Assembly: GCA_051294375.1 (NCBI GenBank)
Contig: CM119269.1
Span: 4,369,673 to 4,433,672, forward strand
Length of the DNA stretch: 64,000 bases
Direction of reading: 5' to 3'
From: Paraspadella gotoi
Lineage: Eukaryota > Animalia > Chaetognatha
In this document: piece after piece, positions 52,467 to 64,000 of the stretch
How positions within the stretch are numbered: the stretch's first letter is position 1
How the letters are laid out: every line of letters starts with the position of its first letter
Position numbers and translations under genes: made by a program
Notes under the pieces: generated by a model
Told to the model about the DNA's origin: nothing
Databases searched by the model: none
The model's input: the letters and a program-made list of their open reading frames with translations, nothing else

Positions 52467-55400
52467 CTTTTCCTCGCCCGGACTTTGACGCCAAGCATCT
52501 CCCTCTCCGATTTTGTTTACTATGAATGGATTGTTTAGACGTCGTCGGTCGAAGGGTTCGTAACTCGGTCAGTTTTTTTCCAAATAAGAGATGAATGTGA
52601 CGTTCTATTGACTAATTTATTTTAAATATACTATAAGTATAATGTTACCCGAACTATTCGAATTCTCTCTCAAACGTTTTTCTTTTTTTTTTAAAATCGA
52701 TTCACTACGAAAAAAAAAGAAGAAATGGTTGGGTTCTGTCTCATTATCCATTTGTATTCCGCCTCGATTCCCTAGAGATTCTTCGCGGAATCATTCCCCG
52801 CAGAGGCGCGGGGCCTGGGGATCGTGATCGATGAACAACGTTGTGCTGTAAACTCGTGGAGACGGATGCTGCATATGCCGTGCTTGCAAAAACATCGAAT
52901 CGAATGCCGCAACATTCTCGCAGCCGTAAAAGCAAAGACTTTGATTCTGATACTTCTCGCGTATTACAAATACATGAATCTGAATGCAGCAGATGCTAAT
53001 GCTGCAAAGAAAGACTTATGATCTTTGTATATATCGTGCTGCAAAAAGCATCGATCTGAAGAGCTGAAAAGCCGCGCCTCTGATGCACTAAATGATGTAC
53101 TTTAAAAACATCTATTTGATGCTGCATTTTTCCTAAAACATCGTTGCGATAAATCAAACGCTGTGTTGCGGTTGTCGTTATTAAAAAAGGGCAGACAGTT
53201 AAACTAAGCACGATGTATGTTTTCTGTTTCCTGACATGAAGCGAAATTTCAATCTCTTTGGATGAAGTGGTAATTATAATTTTAAAAGAAGTAACAAAAA
53301 TTGGACGACAAGTGAAACGCCAGATCAACAGCCAATTTATCCGTAGAGATGAAACGGTAGATCGCAAACAAGTAGATTGCCTACGCCAACTGAGAAAACA
53401 GCGATACGCAAAAATACCTTCTCTTTTTTCTCTCGTTCTTCAATTTTCCGGCGAAATTCTATTTCAGCTCATTTTCATTTACTTTTCAATTTTCCACTTG
53501 CACTTTTCTCCTTTCAATTTTCCTACTGACATTTTCCACTTTTCTCACGTCTCAATGCCAACCTCCGGTATTTTCTTTTCATTTTTTTATAAGACGGGTT
53601 TAAGTACGTATGTTTCTTAGTTCTCTTTCTAAAAGACAATAATTTTGTTCATGATATTTTGGAAATCGAAACCACCGCAAGATTCAGAAGTTATTAACAT
53701 TCGTCGTCCCCACATATTGAGTTTACCAACCGAACTAAAAATAATAGCTATAAGAAAATTAATTAATTATGTTATATTAATTAATTAATTTATTTGAAAA
53801 AAAATCCCTATTTAATTTTAATAAAAGTAAATTATAAATCTTCAGACCCTTTTATCGGTTATTGCTAAACTTTAGTTAGATTGAAATCAGGACGAATTCC
53901 TTTTTATCTATTTTCATTAGTTTGATCGCTACAAAATCTTTGGAACGAGGAGAAAGACAATCTTGTCCTTAGAAGCAAAAAAGTAGAAAATTGGGAATAA
54001 GACAATATAATTTGATTAGAAAAAGAAAATGAAATTCAGAGAAAAAACATTAAAAAATGAAAAGGAAAAAAAAAGTAGTAATGAAAGGATCGAGGGATAA
54101 AAATTCGCTGACAATGGGGACCGATTTATCCGCAAATAAACGTCCCAGGAGATAAAGGATATTTTGACGTATTTTTCATTAATTCACTTTGACTGACCCG
54201 AGCCACCAATATAATTAATCACAACAAGCGTAGATCAATCTTATTATTATCATACGATAAGCCACCGGAAATTACTTTCTTTTCACTTTCTGCTTTATCA
54301 AATGTCAATGCTCCAACACTTGTCAAGATTCTAACCTCAGCGAGACAGTTCTTGCTCACAGTGTAGTATATTCTATTGTCCTCGCAATGCTTTGTCGATC
54401 GCAGCTGTTTCCGAAGTCGAAATATAAATCCATACCTTACCTTTCCTTTCCTATTTTCTTTTCATGCACCTGCCAATCGCAATCCAATACTAAACCGTCT
54501 GATGAAGCCATCCGTTTGCAGCGGTCTCTGCCGTTATTTATATTCTTTTCCACCAGTTGATTTCAGATGCCGTGAACTTAAATATCAAAACCTCGCACAA
54601 GTGCATTCGCCACATCACACTTTTGATTTTCCTTTCTCCTTTTTTTTCACATTTTTCCTCCCGTACTTTTTTCCATTAAACATACTCACGTTTTGATTTC
54701 GGACATTTCAAATTCCGTCTTTGGTTACGATTTTTTCTTCGAGGTCCTGGGTCGTCCACTTATATGGTGGTCGTATTGATTTGATACTCTTCGCCACTCG
54801 CCCACCCGACTCGTGATCCTTGATCACCGAGCCGCACCGCATGTCAGCTGATATATACCATCTCGTAGACTTACTTCCATTACGCGTCGATTTTACTCCA
54901 TCCACTTCGGATTATCCAACGTCGGAATACATTTTTTTCCTCATTCTCCTCATTCTGCCAGGGGTCGAGTTTCTTCGGCATAGGGGTCTGAGTCGCACGA
55001 CGCCGGACTCGCCACATTTTGCAAGTTGAGTCGGAAGTTCTGAGGTTATCTCCCTGATTTTCATGCGACTTTTGGTAATAGACAACTCCTGAAAGGATAG
55101 AGCACTTCAATCGTCTCATCCATTTCGTCATCACGGTCATCCATCCATCATCATCATCATCCAATCATCATCTATTCCATAGATTGCGATCAATCCACTA
55201 TGCTTGATCATCGAATTAAATTTCGACGCGATGGTGCCAAGCCCTCATCGGCGGCGATAAAACGTATTCACCACCAACCATGTTACGCTGATCTTCGCCC
55301 ACATCCCCTCCGAGTCCTCACAATCCAGAAAGTCGACATGCGGAGGTTCAGAGACGTCCCTTCAAAACTATGGTGTTCTTGTCCTCTTGCTTGGTTTTTT

Positions 55401-58400
55401 TCTTTTGGTTTCTTGCTCCGTTTTTCGAATATTATTCTTCTTGAGGTTTCGGTGTGCTGGAATATCTCACAATCAGCCACGTTCCTTGAGGTCGTGCCAT
55501 GGTTTCCCAGCCGTTGCATAGAGCACGGATGGTGTGTTTATCGATGATGATTGTATGATGATGAATGATGAGGATTCATCAAAATGATGATATTGTGCGA
55601 TATACTATTGATTATTTGATGGCCAGCGAAATACGGATGATGACTTAGAATAGCTGCGATCCAGAAGCGAAGAAAGAATAGATAGGATGGAGGAGTCTGG
55701 GATAGTTATTATCAAGATCAGTGATGTTAGTGGACAACGAGCCTCGACGTATGTAAGCGGAAGTTTTCATAGAGGATGAGAATGATACGCAGAAACGAAT
55801 AAACGAAAGTACGAGAAATACGTCGTTTAACAAGAAGGGGAAATAATGGAATGAAATGAAGTGTTACTCAGATTAGTTGAAACAACAGAATGAAGCAAAT
55901 ATGAAAATCCAATAAATGAAAAATATGACACATTTAGATTAATAACTAACAATATTATAAAGTGAGATTGAGAAATAGAGAAAAAATACAATCATACAAT
56001 AAGATCGATTCATAATTGAATAACTTATTAACTTACATAGAACAAAACGTAAGAGCGTATTGATGAAAATACTATCAATAGTGATTTAATGATGAACGAC
56101 CATGATCCATACGATGTTTGAACGCACTGAATGAAAATGTATAAACTGCCGAGATGAAAGCTTCCAATTTAAAGCGAGCACGACGACGATGACGTGACCC
56201 GATAATAAATATAAACTGAAAAAATACGACATTGTTTATTTTAACAGATAATTAAATACTCGAATGCGACAATATAACAATCCGATGGCAAATTCCATCA
56301 CCCATATAGAATAAACCCACCGCCTTTCCGCCTCCTAAGCCGCCGCTCATTCCCCAGACTCCTACCGCCAAATCCGCGGTGATGATGACTCACCTAGGAG
56401 ATAGGCGTAGGACGCTAAAGAACTCCGTTATCTCGTGTTCCTAGGACTTCTGGCGATCAGAATCACACTCAGTAATCACAATTTGCAATATCTCCTCGTA
56501 CGTCCTTCGGATGTAATAAGGAGTCGATGAGTTGGTGAAAATCTACGTCTTCTTAAATTTAACGTCGCAGCAAGATTTTTATTGACAACTAATCGAACAG
56601 GTTTGTGAATATGATAACTCGTATGAACATTCATATATCGAGTATGCGGGAGGTTGGAGAGTAGATTCTGGAGAGGAGGTGGTTGGTAGATTTTGTTAAG
56701 CGGACGTGTGTGGATGGTTTTGGAGGGGATCAGCGGTGGAGAGGTCTATCTGATGTCGTGGTGGAATGGTTTTAGGCGACAAGTGGGGTTTGTGGCGCTT
56801 TTTTATTAGGTATATTTAGGCAGGAGGTAGTTGATCGGTTTTATGATCGGGGTAATAAACGTGTGTGGATGAGGTGGTGGACTTTGGGGTGTTGACTTTG
56901 AGTTTTGGGTGGAAGTGGTGGTATGCAGGGGCGCTCTCTCAAGACGGGTAAGGCACCTTCTACAACGCTCGAGGGCGCCCCGTGCTCATTACGCGGGTAA
57001 TAAGAAAAAAGTATGTATGATATACGTAATGTAATGATTCAACGCTCAAGGGATAAATGAAAAGCCCTAGTATGGAATTTATTACTACTTAATCACATGA
57101 GAAATGCTTAAATTTATAGTATAATATTCGTAACTGCCGTGAACGTAGATAAGAATAGATAAAAGAAAAATTGTGGTCGAGACAAAGTTAAGAATTGGAA
57201 AACGATTGCTTTTTCAATTTAGAGTGAAAATTTCTTAGCTCGCACCGCCAGAATGATGAGGAATTTAAAAAGTGATTTGGCCAACTCAGACATATCGCAT
57301 GTTAATCCTTTGCGGCCTACATATAGTCTCTTTTCAAGAGGTTTTTGGCCATATTCGCGAGAAAACCAGTCGAGTAATTAACGAACTCAGTTTAGTTCAA
57401 TTTTTATTCACACAACCCAAGCGATAGTTTCCTTTGTCCTTCAACAGTGTACATGTACCCACTTGTCAACAGATGCTTTCGCTCTTAAATCAGGCTAACG
57501 CCTGGTTCCTCGTGTATTCTTTCCGCCTATGAACGACTTCATAGTACTCCGGTTGAGAACATTCGAGAAGTAGTGGTAGAATATCTTACACGTAATGACT
57601 GTCCGTTTATTACTTTGTTCCATCAATTGTTCCATTCATCAATCTCTAATCTTCATACATTCCTTTTTACCCCATTTCCATACCATTTCCAATTTTCCAG
57701 TCCTTCATCTTTAACATTACTATTCTCGATTTCCGTCTCATTTCCAGTCTTCATCTTTTTTGCTTTCTTCGATTTCGCGCTCTCATTTCCATTTACAATT
57801 CTCATCTTGACATTCTTACCCATTTTCCGTCTCATTTCCAGTCTCATCTTTTTTATTCTGGTCTCGATTTCCAGCCTCATTTCCCATTCACAAATTCTAA
57901 TCTTTACATTTTTCCCCATGTATCCGTCTCATTACCAGTCTGAACTTATTTTGTACTTGCTTCTGATTTCCGCCTAATTTCCATTTCTTAATATCTGGAA
58001 TCTAATACATTCTTCCCCGCAATGATCCGCTTGAAATTTTCTTCTTTTCATTTTATTTTTTCTTCCTTCTCTCTTCCAGTTCCTTGCGTCCGGTTTCGTT
58101 TACTACTGTTTTTTCATTTTCTCATCGATCAACTCTTTCCTTAATGGTTTCCGCCCACATCTTATCCTCATTTTTAGAGTTGTGCCATTTTTGCTAATGG
58201 CGTCGCCACTTAAAACTTCCTCGGGGGCACTAGGTCGAGGGCTTGGATCGCACTGCTTTCACATTTTTTTTGGGTTGAAAATAAAAAAAAAAAATAAAAA
58301 AATATTTTCTTGTAGAGACATACACCCAGTCATAATCTGACATTGTTTATCGATCTAATATGCATATTGCAGTCAAGTGACAATGAAAAATACATCAAAT

Positions 58401-61321
58401 CGTTTCTAAGCCATCATTTGTGGCTCAGTCCGATCACATCATTTTCCTGGCGGAACCTTTTTTTCATTCTATTTTCATTTAGAGCGCAGCTTCCGCTCGA
58501 CTTAGACTTATTTCTACTTCGTCCGCAATTCTTTTAATAAAATCTTTTCTTTTTTCGTCATTCTTAGGCGCCCTTAACGTGCCAACATTCTTTTCGGGCA
58601 TTTTCGTTACTGACTTTTCCCTTTTGGCCATTTAGCGGATGCCAAATCTTTCACTTTAGCCATTTTTACTATGCCATTTACGCTCTCTATACGTTTCTTA
58701 TTCCAATAGATGGCGCTTCTCTTTTATTTCGCTTGCATCTGCGAACCGACGAAAGAATTCTTTCCTGAGGGAACATTGGTTCCAGCTTATCTCTTTTAAA
58801 TCACGAGACGTCCGGTCATTGGCACGCTCCTCTCTCTTCATATTAACACAGGCTTCACTTTCTCAGCAAATCTTCAACTTTCCTCCTCTCTGCGCAGACT
58901 TTTCCTTGTTTCTTTCGACTGTACACAAATATTTCACAACATATTTCTTGCCTCTCATCTCCGTCGGTCCGTTTCTCATCCCTCGGTCGTCTCTCCAATA
59001 ATTCTCTCTCTTCTCTCTCTTTTCGCGCCCTTTCCACTTGCTAAAAAACTCAATGAATAATTTAATAAAGGCACCAGACGACCGTCACATTTTGTTGAAT
59101 TAGATCTTCGTCGTAGAATAAATCAGGAGAGGAGTTAATGTATCGGACCTCAGAAAGGTTCGAGCGGCGGCCGACGGCATTTCCGTCCCCACCCCGCCAC
59201 AGAGACAAGAACGTCACCAAAAGTGAAACACACTAATCTTACAGGCACGACGCGAGCCCGAAAACAAATCAAATACACAGGAACCGAAAGGGGCACACCG
59301 ACCCCCGGAACGGGGGCCAACGACACGGTTCCGTTCCCCTCAGAAGGTACCCGCAGATTGTGGACGTGAGCAAGAGAACGAGAGGATCCGATAGTGGGCG
59401 TAAGCCGGGTTGGCATTGAGTTCGAGAGAAGTTAGAAGACTGGAAGATGAAAAAGTAGAAATAGACAGAATCCGAAATTGACGGAGAGAAGGAACATAGG
59501 ATGGATGAAATTCAAAAAAACTATGATCCTTAGTTATTATTCTTATTTTGTATTATCTTATATCAAACATCAATAATTCTCTCTTAATTTCTTTAAGTTG
59601 TTGAAATTATAATAGTAAAATGATAACTAACGGAGAAGAAATTGTCAATGAAAATTCTCTGCAGTCACCGATGATATATTCAAAAGAAAGAGAAAAAAGC
59701 AAAAAAAACAAAAAACTAAATTAACTAAAACTACAACAACATCAAGCACAAAGAAGCGCATAACAGACCAAATTAGACATTTTTAATCTTTTTAATTATT
59801 CAGTATTATTTTAATTTTTTGGGCGAGGGAGGAAAGGGAATGGGAGGAGAAAAGATAAGGAAGAATAAGGAGAACGAGCAGGAGAAAAAGGGAGGATAAA
59901 ATAGAGAAAGGATAGAAAGGCAGTAGAAGGAGAGAAGCACGGTTAGAAAGCAAGGGAGTGAAAGGGAGGAAAAGGAAAGAGACATAAAGATATGTAGTAA
60001 GAGAAGAGTTAAAGAAGAGGTAAGAGGGGACAGGCAGGAAGAGAGGAGACCCAATGGGTTGCAGATAATAGTATAGTTTGGCAAGTCGCGCGGAAATCGA
60101 GTCTCAATATTATCTTCAAAGGTCGAAGAGAGAAGTCACGAGAGCTGAGGCACGGCCGAGACGCGAAGCAAGAGAACGATGGAAAGCACACGTATTTCCT
60201 CTCCACGAACGTGAACGCTGCAAACATCGAAACGTCTGAGAATAGAACCGAAATATGTCGCATATCCGTAGTTAATAGCACCAGGATGGTATTATCTGAA
60301 GACCATTGTTCTATTGCGATCCACCCCTATCTTATTATATTTTATTTTATCATAGGTTTTTTTTTTTATATCACAAACCATTCATTTCGCCCACGAGCCC
60401 CTCCTCACTCAATATAAAACAAGATTATCTAATTTATTGCTTATTTGTCGCCTCTTTATTTAATCCTTTCCCAGGCGTGATTTCCTCATCTCATAATTTC
60501 TCTGCTTTTTTTTATCTTTTTTCTTTCACTTATTTTACGGTTCAGCCTCGCTTTCTTTAGTTGCCTCAGGAATAAGATTCCCGGCGCTTGTAGTAAAACT
60601 TCCACTTTTTTGAGTTCCGTCGCCTTCTCGACCCAAAATCTTTCTAGAGAAATATCGCGTTAGCAAGTCACCTCAGGACTTAATACGTAGTTTTGAAAAT
60701 GGGAAAAAAGTGCCAATATTGATTTTTTTTTTCTTTGAAATACGGAGGCAATGATTTAAAGAGGTTTAATTAACTATTTATTAATGATATTGATAGTAAA
60801 TTTTTAATTAATCTAAGGAAGGCAGATTGTATTATCACTCTCGCCCAATTCTTCACTCTGATTATAATAATGATGCTTTACTGAAATGAACTCGGAACCA
60901 GGCATCATGGCAGATTCCGTCTTGATCGGACCAACTTTGTCTTGTGTCGCTTTCTTCTCATGCATCCTCACGTGCCGTCTTTTTTAGTTTCGCAGAGGTT
61001 TTCCCTGGGGTATTGACATCTCAAAAATCAACTTGTTTTTGTTTTTGCCATCTTTGAAGTGCTAAAATAGAGAGTAACTTTTATTTTAATTTATATTAAT
61101 TTCCTATAAAGGTAACGGTAGTAGCCTCCCATTTAACAGACTTTTCTCAAAAACCTAGTTATTTGGATTTCTTGACCCGTTCCTTGGCAAATTTTCCCCA
61201 TTTCCTATCGCATTGTCTTTTTCCCCTGTTTTTACTTTTTCCAACGCTCCTTCTTCCTTTAAATGAATCCATATTCGGCCATCCACTATATTAACTTAAC
61301 CTCTTCGCCCCCCCTCCGCCT

Positions 61322-61803
61322 CACTATATGAGCAAGTAGGTGGATGACGGAAAAATAATAACAGGCGCGCATCCCCCGACCAGAAGAGCGACTACACTAA
61401 ATATCAGCTTAGATAAGGGTGGATGCACCAGGAAAAATGATCACAGGGCCTCGCTATCGAGCCAAGAACGACACACTATAAGTGTGAGCTTAAGTAGGGT
61501 GGATAAACGGAAAATATCACAGGGCCCCGCATCGATGCCAAACGACTAAAACCCTCACATATAACGCTTCAGTATGGCGTGACGAATGACGAGAGAAAAA
61601 ATATCACAGGGACCTTTCGCCTATCGCCAGTACAGACTACATCTATACTGTAAGCTTAGGTGAGAAGTGGAATGACGACACAAATAGTCGTGCGAAACAG
61701 GGCATCAAGCTATCGGAGCCCAAACGACTACCACGATATGGAGCTTAGTAAGGGTGGACATGAGCGGAACAAATATCAAACAGGGCCATCCGCTATCGAG
61801 CCA
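61322..61803. repeat. About 70-80-bp tandem array, 6 noisy copies
   Basis: Recurring gtagggtggatgacggaaaaatatcacagggcc..gctatcgagccaaacgactacacta. Confidence 0.8.
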
Positions 61804-62206
61804 GATTCCTTTCCAATATTTTAGTCGACTATCTCCTTAAAGACATGAAAGTCTCACACCACAGGACTAACCACTACTCCTTGGGCCTCCATAGCGCAGA
61901 GTGAGCTCGGGAAGAGCCTCCGACCTCTTTCGACCAGTCTTCGGAGATGTCCACTTTAGGTCACGCATGTATGTGCGAAGCTCGTATCTGTCGTCTCACT
62001 CACATTCGTCAGTGGACGTCACTCGTGACCTCGTATTCTGATTTGGGGTCAGTGAGATCAACGAACTCAATGACCTCTCTGGTCAGTCCCAATCGGCGAC
62101 AGATCACTTCGTCTTACACCGTTCTCGCCAGGATCCGCAGAATTGTTCTTACTGGTTACTGAACTAAACTTAATAAAAATATTTAAATACACAACCTCAA
62201 TATAAC

Positions 62207-62305
62207 CGGGCGCAAAGAATCCGACAATAGCTGAGGCAGTAGTTGTCTTTTTGGAAGATTTGTGTTCAGGGGTTGACCATGCCATCCCGTTCGAGGATTC
62301 GTCAC
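62207..62305 (-). CDS. Probable NIDO C-terminal-part exon
   Basis: 99-nt phase 1-1 exon, caAG|...G|gttata: GDESSNGMAWSTPEHKSSKKTTTASAIVGFFAPG, resembling NIDO G..S.G...A.VGF.AG. Confidence 0.45.
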
Positions 62306-63968
62306 CTTGAATGAAATACTTTTTACAATATTTCTAATTCGTCTTTCTTTACTCTTTCTTTTAAATTGTCTTCTTGTTTATTGTTTCCTCCTTCCTTCGT
62401 TTNNNNNNNNNNNNNNNNNNNNNNNNNNNNNNNNNNNNNNNNNNNNNNNNNNNNNNNNNNNNNNNNNNNNNNNNNNNNNNNNNNNNNNNNNNNNNNNNNN
62501 NNNNNNNNNNNNNNNNNNNNNNNNNNNNNNNNNNNNNNNNNNNNNNNNNNNNNNNNNNNNNNAAAAATATCTTCACAAGTTTGCAAATGACAATTTTTTT
62601 TAACGGCGGCCGGTTGTGTGTCACCTTGTAACCCAGGCTTTTTGTTTATTTCTGAGCTTCAACCCAAACTCTAGGTTGTAGTTTATTCAAATATCAATGT
62701 TGCCGGCGATTCACGCATGAGTCACAATTGTTGTTCTAGTTGGTTGGCGACTTCACTATGGCAATATCAGCAAAGCCCTGGTTGTGTCACCAATACCTCA
62801 CTGGTGACCTCGCCAGTAATAAAAGTAATGAATATAATCAAAGGCGCAAGTTAAAGGAAAAGCTTGTGGCTGAAGTTGAGACATGGGGATAAATACATCA
62901 CCTGTGGGCTCTTCCCTTAAAACTAAACCCTAACCCAAGTCTCCCGTACATCTCCATGCTTTTTTCCAACCTAGACCTAGGCCTCCCATACATTTCCATG
63001 CCTCTACCTTAACCCATCTGTGGGCTTTCCTAACCCTAACCCTTACCCGGGCCTCTTGTTCAACTCCATTCCTTTCCCCTAATCCTAACCTAGGCCCTGG
63101 CCTCCAGTAAATCTCTGTGCCTCAACCCAACCCTAACTGCCTTCGATGCATCAACCATGGACTTTTCCCCTAACCCGAGCCTCCCGTTCAACTCTATGCT
63201 TTTCTCCCAACTCTAACCCTAACCCGGGCCTGGGCTTCCCATATATCTATGTTCCTCAACCCTAACCCTAACCGCCTTTGATGCATCAACAGTAAGCCTC
63301 TCCCCCTACCCTAACCCAGGCCTCCCATTCAACTCCATGCCTCTCTCCTTACCCTAACCTTAACCCGGGACCGGGCCTCCCTCATATATTCATACCTCAA
63401 CTTAAATCCCTAATATCCATTGCCAGTACCTTCCTTAACCCTAATACCGGCTTCTTGTTTATCTTAACCTTAAAATTGACATTAACCCTAACCATAACCT
63501 TAAACTACTCAACCTTAACCCTAACCTACTCAACCCTAAACCTAATTATTATCAACTCAACCTTAACCCTAAACCAAACCAACTCAACCCTAATCTAACC
63601 CTAAAACCCTAACCATAATCTGCGTTTTAAGTAAAATCACTTTAACGAGAATGCTAAATATAATTCACAGTTAAATTACCAAAGAGTGAGGATATCACCA
63701 AAAAGTAAAAAAAATATTTTGCTTATCATTCTAATACTTTTAAAAATAATTTTCATTATATAATATATTTTTAATATAAAATATATTATATNNNNNNNNN
63801 NAATCAGGAGCCCGGGAGTGAATTACAAATGCGATAAGGCTTTTGTTCTCACCAAATAGGCCGCGACTCAAAAACATAATAAACGTGAATTTCTTGCTTT
63901 AGATTTAGAACGTGGCTTCTCTAAGGCTGAGCGCAAGCGTCAAAATCAGAACCGTCTTTTTCGAAATT

Positions 63969-64000
<32 letters not shown>

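Noticed and set aside
61322-61803. CRISPR-like periodicity
   Set aside because: The whole unit repeats with no unique spacers, there are no cas genes, and the context is eukaryotic.

Overview
AT-rich, microsatellite-laden animal (probably invertebrate) genomic DNA from a draft assembly. It has five 25-N gaps, two 10-N gaps and one 160-N gap, and long stretches of indel-rich, apparently uncorrected long-read sequence. Much of the window is present two or three times. Most ORFs in the track are microsatellite artefacts. Spliced genes I can read: three exons of a class A (rhodopsin-like, peptide-receptor-type) GPCR at 233-1001; a signal-peptide exon at 6250-6478; a LITAF-domain gene in two copies, with exons out of order at 12.9-18.0 kb and colinear at 23.6-24.7 kb; and scattered exons of NIDO-domain protein(s). 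Mobile DNA is rich: two Helentron-type (HINE/DINE-1-like) families, a Transib-like element with filled and empty sites, and a 4.7-kb hAT-type element. The hAT element contains a Tc1/mariner-type foldback, which in turn holds a tRNA-carrying mini LTR retrotransposon (TRIM) and a palindromic pair of Penelope-type hammerhead motifs. The most notable observations are the TRIM with tRNA-Gly-like Pol III cassettes in both LTRs, a triplicated in-frame splice donor in LITAF, and lossless block re-ordering between redundant copies (most likely technical). No CRISPR, rRNA or prokaryotic system is visible. All calls come from manual reading; no searches were run.
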